A DNA stretch of 61,515 bases, the filler included, from Nemertoderma westbladi (Eukaryota; Animalia; Xenacoelomorpha), in NCBI GenBank assembly GCA_032718475.1. It is 3 parts of 3 records of this genome, joined end to end, with 100 filler letters (N's around TTAATTAATTAA, not from the genome) between each part and the next. Parts side by side here need not be neighbours in the genome. Positions count along the whole stretch, not along the records: positions 1 to 24,295 come from JAUCBJ010005440.1; positions 24,396 to 43,268 come from JAUCBJ010008943.1; 1 more part is not named here. The stretch is one strand, 5' to 3'. The position numbers and the translations under genes are program-made. Positions 13,450-26,737 of the stretch are shown piece after piece. Position 1 is the stretch's first letter. Each line of letters starts with the position of its first letter. The notes under the pieces were generated by a model. That model worked only from the letters and a program-made list of their open reading frames with translations, searched no databases and had not been told where the DNA came from.

Positions 13450-16400
13450 CCATTGGTGATCTTCCATAGTAAACCACACCACTCTGTTTCCTAAAGGAAT
13501 GCCTGTTCACCACCATGAGTGATCTTCCACAGTAAACCCTTCCACTCTGTTTCCCAAAGGAATGGCTGTTCACCCCCATGGGTGATATTCCACAGTAACC
13601 CTTCCACTCTTTCCTAACGGAATGCCTGTTCGCCACCATGGGTGATCTTCCACATCAAACCCTTCCACTCTTTCCTAAAGGAATGCCTGTTCACCAACAT
13701 GCGGTGATTTTCCACAGTAAACCCTTCCATTCTGGTTCCTAAAGGAATGCCTGTTAACCATCATGGGTTATCTTCCACAGTAAACCCTTCCACTCTGTTA
13801 ACTAAAGGAATGTCTGTTCACCACCATTGGTGATCATCCATAGTAAACCACACCACTCTGTTTCCTAAAGGAATGCCTGTTCACCATGATGGGTAATCTT
13901 CCACAGTAAACCACTATGTTTCCTAAAGGAATACCTGTTCACCATCATGGGTGATCTTCCACAGTAAACCCTCCCACTCTGTTTCCTAAAGGAATGGATG
14001 TTCACCCCCATGGGTGATCTTCCACAGTAACCCTTCCACTCTGTTTCCAAAAACAATGCCTGTTCACCACCATGGGTGATCTTCCACAGTAACCCTTCCA
14101 CTCTGTTTCTTTTCTTAAAGGAATGCCTGTTCACCACTATGGGTGATCTTCCACAGTAAACCACACCACTCTGTTTCCCAAAGGAATGCATGCTCACCAT
14201 GATGGGTGATCTTCCACAGTAAACCCTTCTAATCTGTTTCCCAAAGGAATGCCTGTTTACCATCATGGGTGATCTTCCACAGAAAACCCTTCCACTCTGT
14301 TTCCTAAAGGAATGCCTGTTCACCACCATGAGTAATCTTCCACAGTAAACCCTCCACTCTGTTTCCTAAAGGAATGGCTGTTCACCCCCATGGGTGATCT
14401 TCCACAGTAACCCTTCCACTCTGTCTCCTAAAGGAATGCCTGTTCACCACCATGGGTGATCTTCCACACCAAACCCTTCCAATCTTTCCTCATGGAATGC
14501 CTGTTAACCACCATGGGTTATCTTCCACAGTAAACCCTTCCACTCTGTTAACTAAAGGAATGTATGTTGAACCACCATTGGTGATCTTCTATAGTAAACC
14601 ACACCACTCTGTTTCCTAAAGGAATGCCTGTTCACCATCATGGGTGATCTTCCACAGTAAACCCTTCCACTCTGTTTCCTAAATGAATGCCTGTTTACCG
14701 CCATGAGTGATCTTCCACAGTAAACCATTCCACTATGTTTCCTAAAGGAATGGATGTTCACCCCCATGGGTGATCTTCCACAGTAACCCTTCCACTCTGT
14801 TTCTTAAAGGAATGCCTGTTCACCACCATGGGTGATCTTCCACAGCAAACTCTTCCACTCTTCCCTAAAGGAATGCCTGTTCATCACCATGGGTGATCTT
14901 CCACAGTAACCCTTCCACTCTGTTTCTTAAAGGAATGCCTGTTCACCACCATGTGTGATCTTCCACAGTAACCCTTCCACTCTGTTTCTTAAAGGAATGC
15001 CTGTTCACCACCATGGGTGATCTTCCACAGTAAACCCTTCCACTCTGTTTCCTAAAGGAATGCCTGTTCACCACCATGGGTGATCTTCCACAGTAAACCA
15101 CACCACTCTGTTTCCCAAAGGAATGAATGTTCACCATGATGGGTGATCTTCCACAGTAAACCCTTCCACTCTGTTTCCTAAAGGAATGCCTGTTCACCAC
15201 CATGGGTGATCTTCCACAGCAAACCCTTCCACTCTTTCCTAAATGAATGCCTGTTCACCACCATGGGTGATCTTCCACAGTAAACCCTTCCACTTTGTTT
15301 CCTAATGGAATGCCTGTTAACCACCATGGGTTATCTTCCACAGTAAACACTTCCACTCTGTTAACTAAAGGAATGTCTGTTCACCACCATTAGTGATCTT
15401 CTATAGTAAACCACAACACCACTCTGTTTCGTAAAGGAATGCCTGTTCACCATCATGGGTGATCTTCCACATTAAACCCTTCCACTCTGTTTCCTAAAGG
15501 AATGCCTGTTCAACACCATGAGTGATCTTCCACAGTAAATCCTTCCACTCTGTTTCCTAAAGGAATGGATGTTCACCCCCATGGGTGATCTTCCACAGTA
15601 ACCCTTCCACTCTGTTTCCTAAAGGAATGCCTGTTCACCACCATGGGTGATCTTCCACACTAACCCTTCCACTCTGTTTCTTAAAGGAATGCCTGTTCAC
15701 CACCATGGGGGATCTTCCGCAGTAAACCCTTCCAACCTGTTTCTTAAAGGAATGCCTGTTCACCACCATGGGTGATCTTCCACAGCAAACCGTTCCACTA
15801 TTTCCTAAAGGAATGCCTGTTCACCACCACGGGTGATCTTCCACAGTAAACCCGTCCACTCTGGTCCCTAAAGGAATGCCTGTTAACCACCATGGGTTAT
15901 CTTCCACAGTAAACCCTTCCACTCTGTTTTCCTAAAGGAATACCTGTTCACCACCATGGGTGATCTTCCACAGCAAACCCTTCCACTGTTTCCCATTTAT
16001 CGACCAGTCAAGGATAAAAGCTAGGGTTGGGCTAGGGTGCAGCATTTCAAGTGAACTGTTCCCAAACAGTTTTACCCCATCTAGGGATCGAACCAGTGCC
16101 TCCTTATTGGAAGTCCAGGAATGTCATCAATAGGTCAAGCGATTTAAAAAAAATCCTCCCACTCTGTTTCCTAAAGGAATGGATGTTCACCCCCATGGGT
16201 GATCTTCCACAGTAACCCTTCCACTCTGTTTCCAAAAACAATGCCTGTTCACCACCATGGGTGATCTTCCACAGTAACCCTTCCACTCTGTTTCTTTTCT
16301 TAAAGGAATGCCTGTTCACCACTATGGGTGATCTTCCACAGTAAACCACACCACTCTGTTTCCCAAAGGAATGCATGCTCACCATGATGGGTGATCTTCC

Positions 16401-18180
16401 ACAGTAAACCCTTCTAATCTGTTTCCCAAAGGAATGCCTGTTTACCATCATGGGTGATCTTCCACAGAAAACCCTTCCACTCTGTTTCCTAAAGGAATGC
16501 CTGTTCACCACCATGAGTAATCTTCCACAGTAAACCCTCCACTCTGTTTCCTAAAGGAATGGCTGTTCACCCCCATGGGTGATCTTCCACAGTAACCCTT
16601 CCACTCTGTCTCCTAAAGGAATGCCTGTTCACCACCATGGGTGATCTTCCACACCAAACCCTTCCAATCTTTCCTCATGGAATGCCTGTTAACCACCATG
16701 GGTTATCTTCCACAGTAAACCCTTCCACTCTGTTAACTAAAGGAATGTATGTTGAACCACCATTGGTGATCTTCTATAGTAAACCACACCACTCTGTTTC
16801 CTAAAGGAATGCCTGTTCACCATCATGGGTGATCTTCCACAGTAAACCCTTCCACTCTGTTTCCTAAATGAATGCCTGTTTACCGCCATGAGTGATCTTC
16901 CACAGTAAACCATTCCACTATGTTTCCTAAAGGAATGGATGTTCACCCCCATGGGTGATCTTCCACAGTAACCCTTCCACTCTGTTTCTTAAAGGAATGC
17001 CTGTTCACCACCATGGGTGATCTTCCACAGCAAACTCTTCCACTCTTCCCTAAAGGAATGCCTGTTCATCACCATGGGTGATCTTCCACAGTAACCCTTC
17101 CACTCTGTTTCTTAAAGGAATGCCTGTTCACCACCATGTGTGATCTTCCACAGTAACCCTTCCACTCTGTTTCTTAAAGGAATGCCTGTTCACCACCATG
17201 GGTGATCTTCCACAGTAAACCCTTCCACTCTGTTTCCTAAAGGAATGCCTGTTCACCACCATGGGTGATCTTCCACAGTAAACCACACCACTCTGTTTCC
17301 CAAAGGAATGAATGTTCACCATGATGGGTGATCTTCCACAGTAAACCCTTCCACTCTGTTTCCTAAAGGAATGCCTGTTCACCACCATGGGTGATCTTCC
17401 ACAGCAAACCCTTCCACTCTTTCCTAAATGAATGCCTGTTCACCACCATGGGTGATCTTCCACAGTAAACCCTTCCACTTTGTTTCCTAATGGAATGCCT
17501 GTTAACCACCATGGGTTATCTTCCACAGTAAACACTTCCACTCTGTTAACTAAAGGAATGTCTGTTCACCACCATTAGTGATCTTCTATAGTAAACCACA
17601 ACACCACTCTGTTTCGTAAAGGAATGCCTGTTCACCATCATGGGTGATCTTCCACATTAAACCCTTCCACTCTGTTTCCTAAAGGAATGCCTGTTCAACA
17701 CCATGAGTGATCTTCCACAGTAAATCCTTCCACTCTGTTTCCTAAAGGAATGGATGTTCACCCCCATGGGTGATCTTCCACAGTAACCCTTCCACTCTGT
17801 TTCCTAAAGGAATGCCTGTTCACCACCATGGGTGATCTTCCACACTAACCCTTCCACTCTGTTTCTTAAAGGAATGCCTGTTCACCACCATGGGGGATCT
17901 TCCGCAGTAAACCCTTCCAACCTGTTTCTTAAAGGAATGCCTGTTCACCACCATGGGTGATCTTCCACAGCAAACCGTTCCACTATTTCCTAAAGGAATG
18001 CCTGTTCACCACCATGGGTGATCTTCCACAGTAAACCCGTCCACTCTGGTCCCTAAAGGAATGCCTGTTAACCACCATGGGTTATCTTCCACAGTAAACC
18101 CTTCCACTCTGTTTTCCTAAAGGAATACCTGTTCACCACCATGGGTGATCTTCCACAGCAAACCCTTCCACTGTTTCCCA
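13450..18180. repeat. 63-bp minisatellite in two blocks (13450-15995, 16155-18180)
   Basis: Unit ccactctgtttcctaaaggaatgcctgttcaccaccatgggtgatcttccacagtaaaccctt. 13970-16154 is near-identically duplicated at 16155-18339. Confidence 0.95.
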
Positions 18181-18327
18181 TTTATCGACCAGTCAAGGAT
18201 AAAAGCTAGGGTTGGGCTAGGGTGCAGCATTTCAAGTGAACTGTTCCCAAACAGTTTTACCCCATCTAGGGATCGAACCAGTGCCTCCTTATTGGAAGTC
18301 CAGGAATGTCATCAATAGGTCAAGCGA
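18180..18327 (-). mobile_element. tRNA-derived SINE head and core (duplicate at ~15995-16142)
   Basis: Minus strand shows a degenerate A box, a Gly-like anticodon loop ACTTCCAA and B box GGTTCGATCCC. These are followed by CTTTTATCCTTGACTGGTCGATAAATG, resembling a conserved animal SINE core, which runs directly into the 63-bp repeats. Confidence 0.65.
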
Positions 18328-19697
18328 TTTAAAAAAAATTAAATTTTGTTAAACAAACCATAAGGTAATCTACACTTTTATAAATATTCAGTTGAAAGGG
18401 ATTTATACCCCCAGGGAAATGTGTAATGAATGACAATAAGTTACATACATCGATAAATAATGTAAATAGTTCACCGCAAACCCAAACCAGAACAGTCAAA
18501 CTACGGTGTAACGGTGTTCAAACAGGAATCAGTTAAATGGTAAAAATCAAGCCTAATTTATAGTATTGTAGTACCGGTACTAAAAAAAACGTTATTTTAG
18601 AAAACTAAGTTGATAGTAAATGAAATGCCAGTGGATTATTATTAAATATATAAGAAATACAGAACATTATGAATATGATTGGTTAACATTACAGCAGGAT
18701 TATTCAGGTACATATAAATACATCGCCTTCTCCTCCTCTATAACATAGAGGGTATCCTAAGAATCAGTTCCCTAACCACCAACAGGATATCATTAGGGTA
18801 CTATCATTATCCAAGTGTCGGATTTGCTGGGGCAGTACACAGTAGGCCTACATGTAGAGTGCAGACACATCCTGGTAGGCCCTGGGCTGCGTACGATATG
18901 GTCCATTAGTGGATCCTTCATCCATTAGCTACTGCACCTCCCCAATCTAATAACTAGGCCTATAATCTAATCCTGCATTGTATTAAATGGAATTCATGCG
19001 TATTTGAGTTGAGATGGTTGATTAATTTGCAGCATTTTTGAGGAAAATCCACATTCCATATTTTTGAATTCAACGCACCATTAAAATTTATAGATTAGGG
19101 GGGTCGTATACCAGAATTATCACGGTCCATGTGAAATAAGGGACTGTCTGCTGTTATATTTGACTTTGAGTTTCCCTCAATGTGAAGAATACCACGTTTT
19201 CAGTAAAACCCCAGATTACAATGTAGGGCTGACCGCTGAATCTAACCAAAACAATAAATTAATTAGAATCTGTCTGTATAGGTTATAAGATAAAAATTAC
19301 GTATAAAAGTTTAAAACACCTAATAAGGTAAAAAAATATAAATTCTTCATATATAAAATTACAATAATTTCGACCAAAAACTGAAAACCTGGTATTCTTT
19401 ACATAGGGGAACAAAAATCTTACGATTTTATCACAACAAGCAAGGAAGGACATGGAATGTAAATTAACATTTATTTATTAAAAAATGTATGTATTGTAAA
19501 TAATATTTCATAGGGAAAATAATAGGAAATAATATATTAAATAAATATATTATTATTATTTATATTATGACTTACAACAATATAATAGTATTTCTAAAGA
19601 TTAAAACTTTCAAAAATTGCACCAAACAAGATATCTGACCACTAAGGGCGCCATGTAAAGTAGGCAACAATCAGAAACAATACAGATAGATAGATGT

Positions 19698-19732
<35 letters not shown>

Positions 19733-20616
19733 CTGGACTTTCGACGCAAACAAAATGCGAATAAGACTGAAACCTGTTCTATTGACTTTAGTTTATTGTT
19801 TTGGTTAGATTAACGCACCCCTGTTAACCTGCCCCTTCCCCTTAGTTGAAATTTTAACATTTGAACGAGATATAATTCGGCGAAATGGGGTTTGCGTCAA
19901 CCCCCCCCCCCCCCCCCCCCCCTACTGTCATCTAGAAAAATATATAATATCAAGTATAAATAGCAGGCCTAATTAATGAATTAGTCATTTTATAATGTTA
20001 TGCCTACAAAAGGAAAATGTGAGTCAGAGTGAATTATGTGAATAACAATTTATAGTATTATATTTGTATCCGAGAGATAAAACTCTTTGTTTGAAAACAG
20101 ATAATTCAAAACATGAATACCCAGCAACATGTGGTTTTTACCAACAATATGGTAATTAGATGATTTGATGTCCCAAACTACCTACAAATCGAATTTATGA
20201 TATTTATATCTGGACTAACATAAAGATATGAAGCTTCTAAGTACTACAGTGAACAGTTAGTGTTGTTAATGGGATATGGTGCGTAAATACTTTCCGGTAG
20301 GTCAATAGAGAGATTCCCACCTTACCGAACTGTCGCACTCTTAGATCACCCATCACTGCACTAATAGCCAACACGACGGACGTAATACCGACTACCGACA
20401 CCAAATTTAAATATTTTAGGACCCAGAAGCTTTTCATAATCTAAGTTTTTCATATAACAAATAATTTATTCTATAATATTTACATTCGCGAAATTGCATT
20501 ATGTTGAAATAATTATTCAATTAATTGTTTCTAGTGCAACTATTAATTGTCAGATTAAATAAAGGACTTTATTTGCCGGCGCTAATGCCATGGATTCATG
20601 GTATTAACGCCACTAA

Positions 20617-22480
20617 CTGGTAACGAACGAGTTTACACTAGTCTCTCTGGTAACGAACGAGTTTACACTGGTCTCTCTGGTAACGAACGAGTTTACACTA
20701 GTCTCCCTGGTAACGAACGAGTTTACACTGGTCTCCCTGGCAACGAACGAGTTTACACTGGTCTCCCTAGTAACGAACGAGTTTACACTGGTCTCCCTGG
20801 TAACGAACGAGTTTACACTGGTCTCCCTAGTAACGAACGAGTTTACACTATTCTCCCTGGTAACGAACGAGTTTACACCAGTCTCTCTGGTAACGAACGA
20901 GTTTACACTGGTCTCCCTGGTAACGAACGAGTTTACACTAGTCTCCCTAGTAACGAACGAGTTTACACTGGTCTCCCTGGTAACGAACGAGTTTACACTG
21001 GTCTCCCTAGTAACGAACGAGTTTACACTAGTCTCCCTGGTAACGAACGAGTTTACACTAGTCTAGATGGTAACGAACGAGTTTACATTGGTCTCCCTAG
21101 TAACGAACGAGTTTACACTAGTCTCCCTAGTAACGAACGAGTTTACACTGGTCTCCCTGGTAACGAACGAGTTTACACTAGTCTCCCTAGTAACGAACGA
21201 GTTTACACTAGTCTCCTGGTAACAAACGAGTTTACACTGGTCTCCCTAGTAACGAACGAATTTACACCAGTCTCCCTAGTAACGAACGAGTTTACATTGG
21301 TCTCCCTAGTAACGAACGAATTTACACCAGTCTCCCTAGTAACGAACGAGTTTACATTGGTCTCCCTAGTAACGAACGAGTTTACACTAGTCTCCCTGGT
21401 AACGAACGAGTTTACATTGGTCTCCCTGGTAACGAACGAGTTTACACTGGTCTCCCTAGTAACGAACGAATTTACACCAGTCTCCCTAGTAACGAACGAG
21501 TTTACATTGGTCTCCCTAGTAACGAACGAATTTACACCAGTCTCTCTGGGAACGAACGAGTTTACATTGGTCTCCCTGGTAACGAACTCGAGTTTACACT
21601 AGTTTCCCTGGTAACGAACGAGTTTACACTGGTCTCCCTAGTAACGAACGAGTTTACACTAGTCTCCCTAGTAACGAACGAGTTTACACTAGTCTCCCTG
21701 GTAACAAACGAGTTTACACTGGTCTCCCTAGTAACGAACGAATTTACACCAGTCTCCCTAGTAACGAACGAGTTTACATTGGTCTCCCTAGTAACGAACG
21801 AGTTTACACTAGTCTCCCTGGTAACGAACGAGTTTACATTGGTCTCCCTGGTAACGAACGAGTTTACACTGGTCTCCCTAGTAACGAACGAATTTACACC
21901 AGTCTCCCTAGTAACGAACGAGTTTACATTGGTCTCCCTAGTAACGAACGAATTTACACCAGTCTCTCTGGGAACGAACGAGTTTACACTGGTCTCTCTG
22001 GGAACGAACGAGTTTACATTGGTCTCCCTGGTAACGAACTCGAGTTTACACTAGTCTCCCTGGTAACGAACGAGTTTACACTGGTCTCCCTAGTAACGAA
22101 CGAGTTTACACCAGTCTCCCTAGTAACGAACGAGTTTACACTAGTGGTCTCCCTGGTAACGAACGAGTTTACACCGGTCTCCCTGGTAACGAACGAGTTT
22201 ACACCAGCCTCCCTAGTAACGAACGAGTTTACACTGGTCCTCCCTAGTAACGAACGAGTTTACACCAGTCTCTCTGGTAACGAACGAGTTTAAACTAGCC
22301 TCCCTAGTAACGAACGAGTTTAAACTATCCTCCCTAGTAACGAACGAGTTTACACGAGTCTCTCTGGGAACGAACGAGTTTAAACTAGCCTCCCTAGTAA
22401 CGAACGAGTTTACACTGGTCTCCCTGGTAACGAACGAGTTTACGCCAGTCTCCTTGGTAACGAACGAGTTTACACGAGTC
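20617..22480. repeat. 30-bp minisatellite (~60 copies)
   Basis: Unit ctggtaacgaacgagtttacactagtctcc. Confidence 0.96.
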
Positions 22481-22758
22481 TATGATTTGAATCCACTGCA
22501 ACGACCTGTTTCTATTAATTTGAGGGTTTAAAAGATTCACCAGGACTATTTCCACGGATTTAATTACTCAGATCAGTTTCCCTATAAGATTCCCATCGGT
22601 TTCTGGATATAATAACTGTAACTGTATTGGTTAAAAACTTTAAACTGATTTATTGAAAATATTAGAAAAATAATTTCTGAATAATTAACATTCGATGTTT
22701 CCATTTCCAATGATATTTAGGGGGGAGTCTTGTGCTAGAGAGATAAACATCAGTTTAA

Positions 22759-23859
22759 CACGTTAGCTGCGGCTCCGAAACCACTGGTTCTTTGTTACTG
22801 CGGATTGTGCACCGGTGAATAACCATGTGATGTTCCATATTTTTCCGTATTTATAAAACAATGGAGAACCACCATAGAAAAAACCGCATCTCAATACCTC
22901 CGTCAAGTCCAGAGATAGTGGTTTGAATTTCATCAAATTTTTATATATTTTTTGTGATTTTACTCTTACAGGGTTAACAATTTTCAAAACTGTACCAATA
23001 ATTATCCCATCACATTAGTAAATTACTTTTGGCCACTTTCGCTACTAGGATCGGCATGCTGCATTGCAGCTGCATTTTTAAGAATACTGTGCCGGCTTGT
23101 CGACAAAATTGCGCCGCCACAACTCTCTATCACCCATCACATTTGCTAGATCATCCGCATCTTCTAAATAGGCCAGTGTCCTTTAAGATGCGTCTCAAGA
23201 AAGTCATGGACTGTCCACCATGCTTATTCACTCCATGAGGCTGCCAAAGTACAAGATTATGCACTGGCTGGTCCTCACGTCGAAAGCAATGTCCTGCAAA
23301 GCGGAGGCGATTTTGTTCTAGTGTCAAGCTTGGGGGAACCAATGAGAGACCTCCAATGTTATATAGTGTCTGGTTGGAGATGTGTGCATTGTACTTGACA
23401 CAATGAACCCGGCGTAGCATTCTTGTGAATGTGCCATCCAGAGATTTGGTGTCCTCAGCAGTTAGAGCCCAGCATGGACTCCCGTAGAGGAGTACTGGAA
23501 CTACTGCTGCTTTAAATAATCGGACCTTTCGAAATTTCAGGGGGTAACCCCATAGTACATAATGTCGGCAGTTTAACGAAATAGGCCTAATAGTAGAATA
23601 GCTAATGCTAACAGTAGAGCATTTTTAAAAATCCCGCCATATTTCTGGGAATATTGAGCACCGGCGCTCAATCCGCACTGGCACTTGTGTAGTGCGGATT
23701 GTGCACCGGTGCACAAACCCAAAAAAATATATATATGAGTCATACAAACGTCACAAATACCGAAGCATACTTGAGCACCGGGCTGGCCACGCCAACATAG
23801 CTCCGCACTACAGGGTCGCACAGGTCGTGTTCACCGGTGCTCAATCCGCAGCTAACGTG
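22759..23859. mobile_element. piggyBac-like non-autonomous element (TTAA TSD) carrying a nested LINE fragment
   Basis: ttaa-CACGTTAGCTGCGG ... CCGCAGCTAACGTG-ttaa terminal inverted repeats. Confidence 0.8.
23043..23528 (-). mobile_element. 3' fragment of LINE family A
   Basis: Near-identical to 9708-10188. Confidence 0.92.
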
Positions 23860-23947
23860 TTAATAAGGTAAGTTACTATTTGGTTAATTTTTTAAACCCA
23901 CAAATTACTGAATATTAAACTGCGTAAAAACTAGCGAATAGTTGCGA

Positions 23948-24244
23948 CTACCTGAACTGAAACACGGAGGGACTGTGGTTCGGTGTGTGAGTGAGATTGA
24001 GTGACTGGTAGGCCTCGCTACTGCGGTGGTAGTAGTAGCCCTCTATGGTGGCGGTGGACTTAGTGAAACAGATGTAGTAGAAACCCGCGAAGGAAGCCCC
24101 GGCAATGTCGCGGATCTTGTGGTCCGGAATCAGGAAGTGTTCCTTCCATCTCATGTAAGTAACGTCGGAACGTTCCAACTCGGAGTAATCGAAACGTTCC
24201 GTGTTAAACGATTTGGTATACTGGTAGAACGATAAGAATTTACC
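23948..24244 (-). CDS. GID4: GID complex subunit 4 (Vid24 family), last exon
   Basis: CCTCAG acceptor, then GKFLSFYQY...[52 protein letters not shown]...FQFR-stop, the characteristic GID4 C-terminus. Upstream exons are cut off by the gap. Confidence 0.93.
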   Translation of the reverse strand, partial: GKFLSFYQYTKSFNTERFDYSELERSDVTYMRWKEHFLIPDHKIRDIAGASFAGFYYICFTKSTATIEGYYYHRSSEAYQSLNLTHTPNHSPSVFQFR

Positions 24245-24295
24245 CTGAGGAATATAAACAGGATGATAGAAAGAAATATGGAATTAACAGCCAAT

Positions 24296-24395
24296 NNNNN
24301 NNNNNNNNNNNNNNNNNNNNNNNNNNNNNNNNNNNNNNNTTAATTAATTAANNNNNNNNNNNNNNNNNNNNNNNNNNNNNNNNNNNNNNNNNNNN
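24296..24395. other. Artificial contig spacer
   Basis: N run with the central six-frame-stop linker TTAATTAATTAA. Confidence 0.97.
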
Positions 24396-24632
24396 GCCGT
24401 GAGGACCAGCCAGTGCATAATCTTGTACTTTGGCAGCCTCATGGAGTGAATAAGCATGGTGGACAGCCCATGACTTTCTTGAGACGCATCTTAAAGGACA
24501 CTGGCCTTAAAGATGCGGATGATCTAGCAAATGTCATGGGTGATAGGGAGTTGTGGCGGTGCAATTTTGTTGACAAGCCGGCACAGCATTCTTAAAAATG
24601 CAGCTGCAATGCAGCATGCCGATCCTAGTAGT
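24396..24632 (+). mobile_element. 3' fragment of LINE family A
   Basis: HNLVLWQPHGVNKHGGQP... ending in gatcctagtagt. Confidence 0.9.
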
Positions 24633-25112
24633 TGGCTACGCCACTGCAAGAAGCTAGGTTTCCAAATGTGCAGGTCAGGAACACCCGTCCTCTACAGAGC
24701 CAGTAAAAACAGACCTCTACCCAGTAGAACTGTACCACCCCACTCGGTAACCGGCCGCCTCATTACTCTAAGACCTAGCTGGCTACCGTCACAAGGAAAT
24801 ACTCCGACACAAAAAATAATATATATTAATTATTATCGATCACTTTCAGGTTGAAACCTATTTGAATTGTGTTGTAATGGAGTACATCTTGATTATACAT
24901 TTTTGGCACAAGATATTGGTGCTCAATTGGCACCAAGTTATGCCCATAAATTTATTCGGATATTACATTCTTTCTCTAAATTTGGATTAAAAACACTCAA
25001 ACACACGAGAAAGTCATCTTAAACAGTGTAAGGAATCCACATTTTGGTTACTTTCTTATGGGCACACTGTGTCGCATGCGAATATCTAGAATTTTACCAG
25101 TAAATCACTCAC

Positions 25113-25266
25113 CATCTGGCTTTTTAATGTCTAAAAGACAAACGCAACCGGAATCTATTCCAGCCACCACACCTGATCTCGAATGGATCCGGCTAGTAAA
25201 TATCTTTGCGAATCCACTGGCTACGACCTCTTGCAAGGTGTCCGTTCCTCCTGGAAAGATCACAAT
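25113..25266 (-). CDS. DJ-1/PfpI (Hsp31-like class I GATase fold) protein, internal exon
   Basis: CCAG acceptor and GTGAGT donor. IVIFPGGTDTLQEVVASG...SGVVAGIDSGCVCLLDIKKPDG aligns by eye to IFxPGGHG...GKVVAAVCHGPAALLxxKxxDG. Confidence 0.72.
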
Positions 25267-25380
25267 CTGGGCGAAATACAAATAAATTTTCCTTTTATAT
25301 GGCTACATATTGGGAACAGTTTTTTAATGCACATAAATTTGGAACAGTAGACTACACATGAAGTAAAACCATGCATGTTA

Positions 25381-25746
25381 TCAGATACGATCGATCAACA
25401 TTGCAATAGACTGCGTGCACTTAATGGGGACAATCTAAAGGATAGAGAATGCTAGAGGTACCAAGATACTATTAATGTACATTGCTTGCTTGTTATGCAA
25501 TAAAGTGGATCTTTTATAGTGAACTGATACAGAGACATCCTACAGAGTGGTCAGTAGTTTATTTTGATATAAATATGGTGAATATAATATGATAAGATAT
25601 GATATAATCTAGGTAGGAAGTGAATCTCTGTCGTTCGAATCTTCGCCATATATCACCTGTTTAGATGAACATTTCACACCTAGAGATTTAGCAGATACAT
25701 TGTCTGAAATAAAAGTAAATAAATCCTACTTTGGGATCAGTATAGG
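25381..25746 (+). mobile_element. Old degraded LINE, fragment 1 (continues at ~33157-33215 and ~33630-33860)
   Basis: LDEHFTPRDLADTLSEIKVNKS here, YIDFSKAYDRVP at ~33157, and FRLFSHDLRSEDGRWSRTP..RVCSC..QDELHV (LINE C-terminal zinc motif) at ~33725. All are collinear on the + strand. Confidence 0.6.
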
Positions 25747-26548
25747 TGTTGCCGTTATTCCCGACACCAGGGGGGAAAACGCCGATGCTGGTGGCGGAAT
25801 TTTCAGATCACTTGATTCCGGCCAGTCACCGGATATTGGGAGTGGAGAAGGAGATATTACCTGAGATGCAGAATTGCGAATAGAGAAAAAGCTTCATTGG
25901 TTGGATATAATCTTTAATGTAACTTAAATTCTGATTGAAGTGAATGCGAAACTGATTGAGAATAATTTGGGCTTCCCCACACCAAGTCCTAGTCCCGGTA
26001 CCGTAGTGTCAGTGTCGGTCGACCCTGTTGCATGTCCATCCCACCCTTCCCGAACCCCGAAGGGATCGGTCATCAGGAAAGCGGTATGGCTTGGCTAAGG
26101 ATCTGTCAGGTCGGTCGACCCTGTTGCCTGTCCGTCCCACCCTTTCCGAACCCCGAAGGGATCGGTCATCAGGAAAGCGGTACGGCTTGGCTAGGGGTCT
26201 GTAGAGGGTTGCTGGTGGCCAGGCTAAGGGCAGTCCTTGTCCCCAGGCCTAGCGGGTTACCAACTACCGAAGTAGAAGGAGGTTGTCTAGGCCTAAATAA
26301 CTATCAGGCAACCCTGACAGCTAAAGTACTGCTTGATTTTTCCTCCCACCCTTGGCCCTTAAATATCTGATATGAGTTCCGTGCCCCGTAAGTCGCCCCA
26401 ATATTCGCCCATAAATCGCCCCCAGTCTATTGAATGTACCCAAATTTTATGTTCCCGCACCCAGTACTGACCGATATTGGAATATTCATAATAAATAAAT
26501 CCAAAAAATATTTAACTCGCGTTATGGCAAATTGAAATACCGCGAACA
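25747..26548 (-). mobile_element. 3' LTR of an LTR retrotransposon (BEL/Pao- or Gypsy-like)
   Basis: Minus strand: poly-G PPT (from 26551), 2 nt, then TGTTCG ... CGGCAACA (TGTT/AACA inverted termini). TATTTAA lies at 26359-26365 and ATTAAA at 25913-25918, in U3-R-U5 order. Confidence 0.75.
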
Positions 26549-26737
26549 GTCCCCCCCCCCCCCCCCCAATGACCTTCGTGAGGTCTATCGGTAGATCGAG
26601 TTTGCGTATGTCACTTCCCATATAAAAAACCCAATTTTTTTTACTCTTGCATAGTCTTGATTAATTTGTCCTAGAGTTTGTTTACATACATATAAAAATA
26701 TATGTTCGAAGAAGTGTTTATAGAATGTCCTGGTCTT

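Noticed and set aside
13346-17388. ORFs with VVNRHSFRKQSGRVYCGRSP repeats
   Set aside because: Translations of the 63-bp minisatellite with frequent indels.
18259-18326. Functional tRNA-Gly gene
   Set aside because: Acceptor and anticodon stems are degenerate, and the sequence continues into a SINE-like body.
20326-20437. Possible signal-peptide exon (MKSFWVLK...; GTAAG donor)
   Set aside because: Phase 1 does not fit phosphatase exon 2, and no partner exon or homology was recognised.
20598-22054. 334-aa and 91-aa repetitive ORFs (GNERVYTGLP / VTNEFTLVSL)
   Set aside because: They are by-products of a 30-bp repeat. The frame shifts freely within the array and there is no unique coding context.
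2476-22480. Arrays as CRISPR-like loci
   Set aside because: Units are head-to-tail without unique spacers, the context is eukaryotic, and there are no cas genes.
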